The position numbers and the translations under genes were made by a program. This document shows, piece after piece, positions 51,171 through 56,446 of a stretch of DNA of 56,446 nucleotides (its first letter is position 1; every line of letters starts with the position of its first letter). This DNA is from Octopus bimaculoides (lineage: Eukaryota), in contig NC_068995.1 in NCBI RefSeq assembly GCF_001194135.2, forward strand, positions 10,629,848 to 10,686,293, given 5' to 3'. The notes under the pieces were generated by a model. It did not search any database. It was not told the origin of the DNA and worked only from the letters and a program-made list of their open reading frames with translations.

Positions 51171-52686
51171 ATATGAATATTTTGCAGAAATATTACCTTT
51201 GATATTCTGAATTCGTTTTGCAAGAATTTCAATCTGAAACCATGCATTGAAAGGAACCAAATACTATTATATTTAGGAGTGAAGGCGCGTGGCTTAGTGG
51301 TTAGGGCATTTGACTCATGATTGTAAGCTCATGAGTTCAATTCCTGGCAACATATTGTGTCCTTGAGCAAGACAATTTATTTCACATTGCTCCAGTGCAC
51401 TCAGCTAGCAAAAATGAGTTATACTTGTATTTCAAAGGGTCAGCTTCCCAACAACATGGTTCTGGGTTCAATCCTACCGCATGGCACTTTGGGCAAGCGT
51501 CTTCTATTGTAGCATTTGAACTGATCAAAGCCTTATAAGTGGATTTGGTAGACGGAAACTGAAAGAAGCCCATCGTATATATATATATATATATTCCTCC
51601 ATGGCAAGATTTAATTTGTGTATACAAATTTAATTTGCAGTCCATGGGAAGAGCCGTTTTAACGATGCATCCTGCCCAACTCTTCGAAACGCCGGTGTTA
51701 AAACGGGGGTAGCTGATGAAGTAGAATGTTCTCTATGTGGCTTGTGTGTTTTCTCGTCTACGTTTTGTTTGCAATGTCCTGTACCCAGATATGCACCTAT
51801 ACATACTGGTGGATGTCGGTACGCACATACCTGTACGTATATATGCATATACTCATTTACTATTTGTTTATATATATATATATATAGGTAACTCCTATGT
51901 GTGTGTGTGTGTGTGTGTGTGTTTCTTTGTCCACCATCCCCACCTCCCAGCACCACCTGACAGGCAGTCTTGGTGTATTTACATCCCCATAACTTTGTGG
52001 TTTGACAGAAGAGACCTATAAAATAAGTAATCAAATTAAAAAAATCAATAAGTAATGGGAGTCGATTCATTCCACTACAAATTCTTCAAGGTGGTGCTCC
52101 AGCATGACCTGCAGTCAAATGACAGAAACAAGCAAGGTGTAAAACAAAAGAGCACCAGTTGAACTTCTACCACCACTACTACCACCACCACCAACAACAA
52201 CAACATCACCACCATCACTATGCCTTCACTACAACCTTTCCCCTATCAGCATCATCATCATCATCATCAGTTTCTACTTCCACAACAATATAATGCTACA
52301 AGGCAGGGTGTGGGGTGTCCTTTGTTATGAACACCACAACTGGTGAAGAGTTCTCTAGCCATCTGTCTCACCTCACCTCCGACATGTCATGTGACTGACC
52401 AGGATGTAGCTGACATGACATCTTGAAAGAGAACAATCAAGGGGGAGGGGCAGAGAACTAAATAAAAAGACCACACACACACACGCTCTCTCTCTCTCAT
52501 CCCTACATATACATACACATTAACACACACACACACACACACACAATCCTTCTCTCTTCTTCCTACACTCAACCAAAAATAAGTATACCCACACACACAC
52601 ACACACACAGAGCAGGAGTTCAACAGGTTGTCTATGGAAACACAAACAGGTAAAGTAGTTGTAGGCTTCATTCTTCATTTACTTAC

Positions 52687-52769
52687 CAACAATTACTTGG
52701 GATGAAGCAGAAGAAAAGAACAGGGCAAAACAGTTCAGAAATAAAGATATGGTTGAACGCCTTTTTTCC
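52687..52769 (-). other. Candidate PKDCC 5'UTR exon
   Basis: tgactacag acceptor and TG|GTAAGT donor bound an 83-nt unique segment. Support is splice signals only. Confidence 0.3.
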
Positions 52770-53277
52770 CTGTAGTCAAACATTACTTGTTTTTTCAAGC
52801 AAGCTACCTTTCAGTGCATACATAAACAGCTGACTTTTATAGGACATATTGGTTTCAAATTTTGGCACAAGACCAGCACTGTGAGATATCTTGAGCAAGC
52901 ATCTACCAAAGCCCTGGGCTGACCAAAGACTTGTTAGTGGACTGGTAGTTGGAAACTGAATGAAGCTTGTCTCATATATATATATATATATGTATATCTT
53001 GCCGTCTTTGAGCTGGGAAATAAATGGAATACTTGGTGTGTGTCTTGCTGTGGCTACCGCCTCCTAAAAAAAAAATGGGGAATAGACCTAGGTATATGGG
53101 TATATGTATTAGAAAAACAGTCAACAACTGATGAAGGGTCGTTCTTTGTTGTTTTGTTTTCCATTTATGTCTTTCGTTGTTTGAATAAATAATTCATATT
53201 CCATGTACTCGTACTTTTTATTTTTTGTCGTACAAGTTTCGTGACGTCCTGTGCCCACATATGCATATATATATATA

Positions 53278-53455
53278 TACAAAAATAAGAGGAATGACCA
53301 GCAAAAGTGGACTCCTATATGCTAGAAATGGATGCCGAATCATCTAACCACGAAAAAAATGTTCTCAGTAAAATTTTTTTCATGGTTAGATGATTCGGCA
53401 TCTATTTCTATCATACAGGAGTCCACTTTTGCTGGTCATTCCTCTTATTTTTGTA
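53278..53455. repeat. Near-perfect foldback, arms about 80 bp
   Basis: tacaaaaataagaggaatgaccagcaaaagtggactcct... with about 4 mismatches and a short loop. Confidence 0.92.
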
Positions 53456-53546
53456 TGTAATATAATTTTAATCTTCAGATTTTTTTAATATGCTAGACCA
53501 CTGGTTTTAATTTATTAATATCAATTTCTACCCTCATTAATAAATT

Positions 53547-53634
<88 letters not shown>

Positions 53635-53655
53635 AAAGAGAGAGAGGAGAGAAAT

Positions 53656-53899
53656 GTGAAGGTGTGTGGCTTAGTGGTTAAGGTGATGCACTGGCAATCG
53701 CCAGATTGTGGGTTCGATTCCCAGACCAGGTTGTTCCAGTCTCCTCTGGCTGCAAATAAATAACACCACAATGGACTAGCCTTCCAGTCTGGGGAAATGT
53801 TGGCCTCTTCATCTAGCCAGCAGGTTGGTATCATTTGAAAGCTAAGAAACGATGCAAAGCGCATTGTGACCAGCGATGTATAACATCCAATAGTCTGGT
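53656..53899 (+). mobile_element. tRNA-headed SINE, distinct body
   Basis: tggcttagtggttaag A box and gggttcgattccc B box; body not shared with families A-E. Confidence 0.6.
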
Positions 53900-54540
53900 A
53901 GATAGATAGATAGATAGATAGACAGACAGATAGATAGATAGATAGATAGATAGAAAGACTTACAGATAGACATAGACAGATAAATAGATGTATATCTGTG
54001 TGCGTGCTTTTGTGTTTGTTCCAAGCCACCGCTTGACAACCGGTATTGCTTTGTTTACGTCCCTGTGACTGGTGGCGGTTCGGCAAAAACCACCGATAGC
54101 TATGTAGCAGGTTTTAAAATAATTCAAATACCAGGATCGATTCGTTCGCTTGAAACCCCTTCAAGGTGGTGGCCCGGCATTGCTGCAGTTCAATGACTAA
54201 AACAAAAAAGATATTTACTTGTTTTTTTTTGTTTTTGTTTTTTTCCAGGTAAATTATTAAGAAGCAACACCTGTAGTTATGTCATCAAAGTGATACGATA
54301 ACTAAATATTACTATTTTCCATTGAAAAACTCGCGATTTCAGTGAGATTTTGCAGATGTAATTTAAAGACTATCGATGTGTCCTATAAAAACACGCTGAA
54401 ATTCGAACATGCGTTATGGGACAAGGAGGAAGTTGCAACGCGATCATTAAATCTGCAAGAAATAGCAGTTAAACATCTCTCATAGATAGATAGATAGATA
54501 GATACAGAGAGACAAATAGATAAAAAGATACAGACAGACA

Positions 54541-54571
<31 letters not shown>

Positions 54572-55689
54572 TCTTTTTATTATAGCCACACAGGGCTAAA
54601 TACAGAAAATGGACAAATTACAAAGTAGAGCTTTTCTTGGGGTGGGGGGGATAATTTCGNNNNNNNNNNNNNNNNNNNNNNNGGGGGGGGGGGGGGCGAT
54701 CAATAGGGATCGTGTATCACAGTCGATGTAAAAAACGGGGAACAGATTAGGTTTATCCGTGGAGAGAAAAGCCTACGGAAAAGACCACGGTCACCTCAGG
54801 CTTTTTTTTAAAAAGGTACATGAAAGTAAGTACCTTCTCTCTTTTTGTCTCATTTTGTTACAAGTCTATGCTTAAAATGGTGTCGTCTTTCGTTCTTACC
54901 ATTCTTGCCACATTTACCCATTTTTTATTGAAACTTTCATTCGACAACACTTTCCTCTCTATCATCATCCTCCTTTTCAAGTGGTACTTGAAAAAGTTGA
55001 CGTGGGACTGACCAGAGAGGAAAGTGTTTGTTTGTAGACCTTTCAAACGCGTCCACCACACGCATTCTTTTGCCATAGCTATCAGTGTTACAAAAACCGT
55101 TTTTCCTTCCCGTTTAAAGGAAGGTGGCGGAACAATATTCACGATAGACTCGGCTGATAAGTGGGCTCGTCCCACACGCGACAACAGCCGTTAGATAGAT
55201 AGATAGATCAATGCATAATAAACACATAGAGATAGGAGCAGACACAGAGACGTATAAATTACACATGTAGAACGACATACAATGAATCAAATGAATACAA
55301 TGATAAATAGACAAAATGAAAGACACAAAGGGATAGCTAAGAAGAGATAGGACTATGGAAACGTTCGGGCTAGAAAGAGATAACTTGGATATGTGGCTAG
55401 ATAGACAGATGGATGGATTGATGTATCAATATAATTTGTCTATGTAGACAGCAATAAACATGAAGACAAACAGATGGGTAAATAGCTAGAAAAGTATTAA
55501 GATTATTGGATGCGACAACTAGGTTGAAACTTCGAATTCACTGTCAATGTTTTCCTTTGTGTCTTGTGGTGGCAGTTGTATGTAGATGTCAATATACATG
55601 CATATATAAATGCAAATCCATCTATATACACACAAACAATCAAGTACCTGTCTATATATATAGTGGCTGACATGCATACATATATAGCT

Positions 55690-55730
<41 letters not shown>

Positions 55731-56085
55731 CAAATGATATGCAACAGTCATCTACTTAATTAAATAAATCATTTTACGTGACTATTTACGATTAATTAAA
55801 TCGAGGTAACTAACTGCTATCAAATGATATCCTTTTGTAGATATTCTGAGATTCCACATGTGTAAGGTAAATAAGTAATACTTTATGAGCCATCGAAAGA
55901 AGCTGTGATTAAGACTAAATAAACTAAAACTATCGTTTAATAGTATACCATGCTTTAAATTTCTTTATATACATTCGGGGATTCCAGCATGTAGTTTCTA
56001 TGTGGTCCCTTCAGAACAGGGGGTCGTTGTTTACGCATATATTCGACATTACCATTATATACAGGCATATACACACACACACATC

Positions 56086-56116
<31 letters not shown>

Positions 56117-56247
56117 TTATTTATTTATGTGTTTCAGCCAAGTGGCTGCGGTCATGCTGGTGCACCACCGTGATTTTCACGTTCCTTGCATGGCTCTTCT
56201 CCCCCACCTGACATGGTCCAATCAAGAGTTTTGATGGCACATCTGGT

Positions 56248-56446
56248 GTATGTATATACATACATATATATATATATGTATATACATACATACATATATA
56301 TATATACATTTATTGTGATATATATATATGTATATACATACATATATATATACATATATATATATATGTATATACATATATATATATATATACATATATA
56401 TATGTATATACATATATATATATATATACATATATATATGTATATA
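56248..56446. repeat. Compound (TA)n/TACA/TATG array
   Basis: Direct reading to the window end. Confidence 0.95.

Noticed and set aside
53125-53140. CTGATGAAG as another hammerhead
   Set aside because: No downstream stem II/GAAA or stem I partner can be found.
54690-54810. ccgtgg...ccacgg hairpin beside a gap as a ribozyme
   Set aside because: No HDV or hammerhead core; more likely a reversed LINE 3' remnant, and the gap hides the context.
54834-55190. ORF 54858..55184 or a PKDCC first exon/promoter
   Set aside because: A good donor exists at 54898-54899, but there is no protein similarity or TSS evidence; left as unassigned unique sequence.
2006-56431. Many 60-200 aa ORFs rich in YI, CV, TH, RE or LSIY
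   Set aside because: They are translations of microsatellites and SINE bodies, with no splice or domain support.

Overview
AT-rich, microsatellite- and SINE-dense eukaryotic scaffold with 8 N-gaps. The repeat families and the CDICGKSFS-type zinc-finger array point to an octopus/cephalopod genome (inference). Three protein-coding genes can be rebuilt by hand. (1) The 5' part of a SNX22/24-family sorting nexin on the minus strand: exons 16399-16461, 1909-1992 and 679-783, continuing off the left edge, with a 14.4-kb first intron. (2) A divergently oriented gene with a single coding exon encoding a 13-finger C2H2 protein (+, 23654-24850). (3) A complete 6-exon PKDCC/VLK secretory-pathway kinase on the minus strand (50220 to 31632, 485 aa), possibly with extra upstream exons. 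The rest is at least five tRNA-headed SINE families, RTE, CR1 and CRE-like LINE remnants, and piggyBac-, hAT-, Tc1- and Merlin-type MITEs, several with clear target-site duplications. The most interesting signal is a set of short non-coding repeats carrying minimal, Penelope-type hammerhead-ribozyme motifs. The best one (34453-34772) joins a tRNA-like Pol III head to a hammerhead and has an inverted copy of its own tail upstream. All hammerhead copies here are partly decayed, so activity is a hypothesis. No prokaryotic features and no CRISPR arrays.
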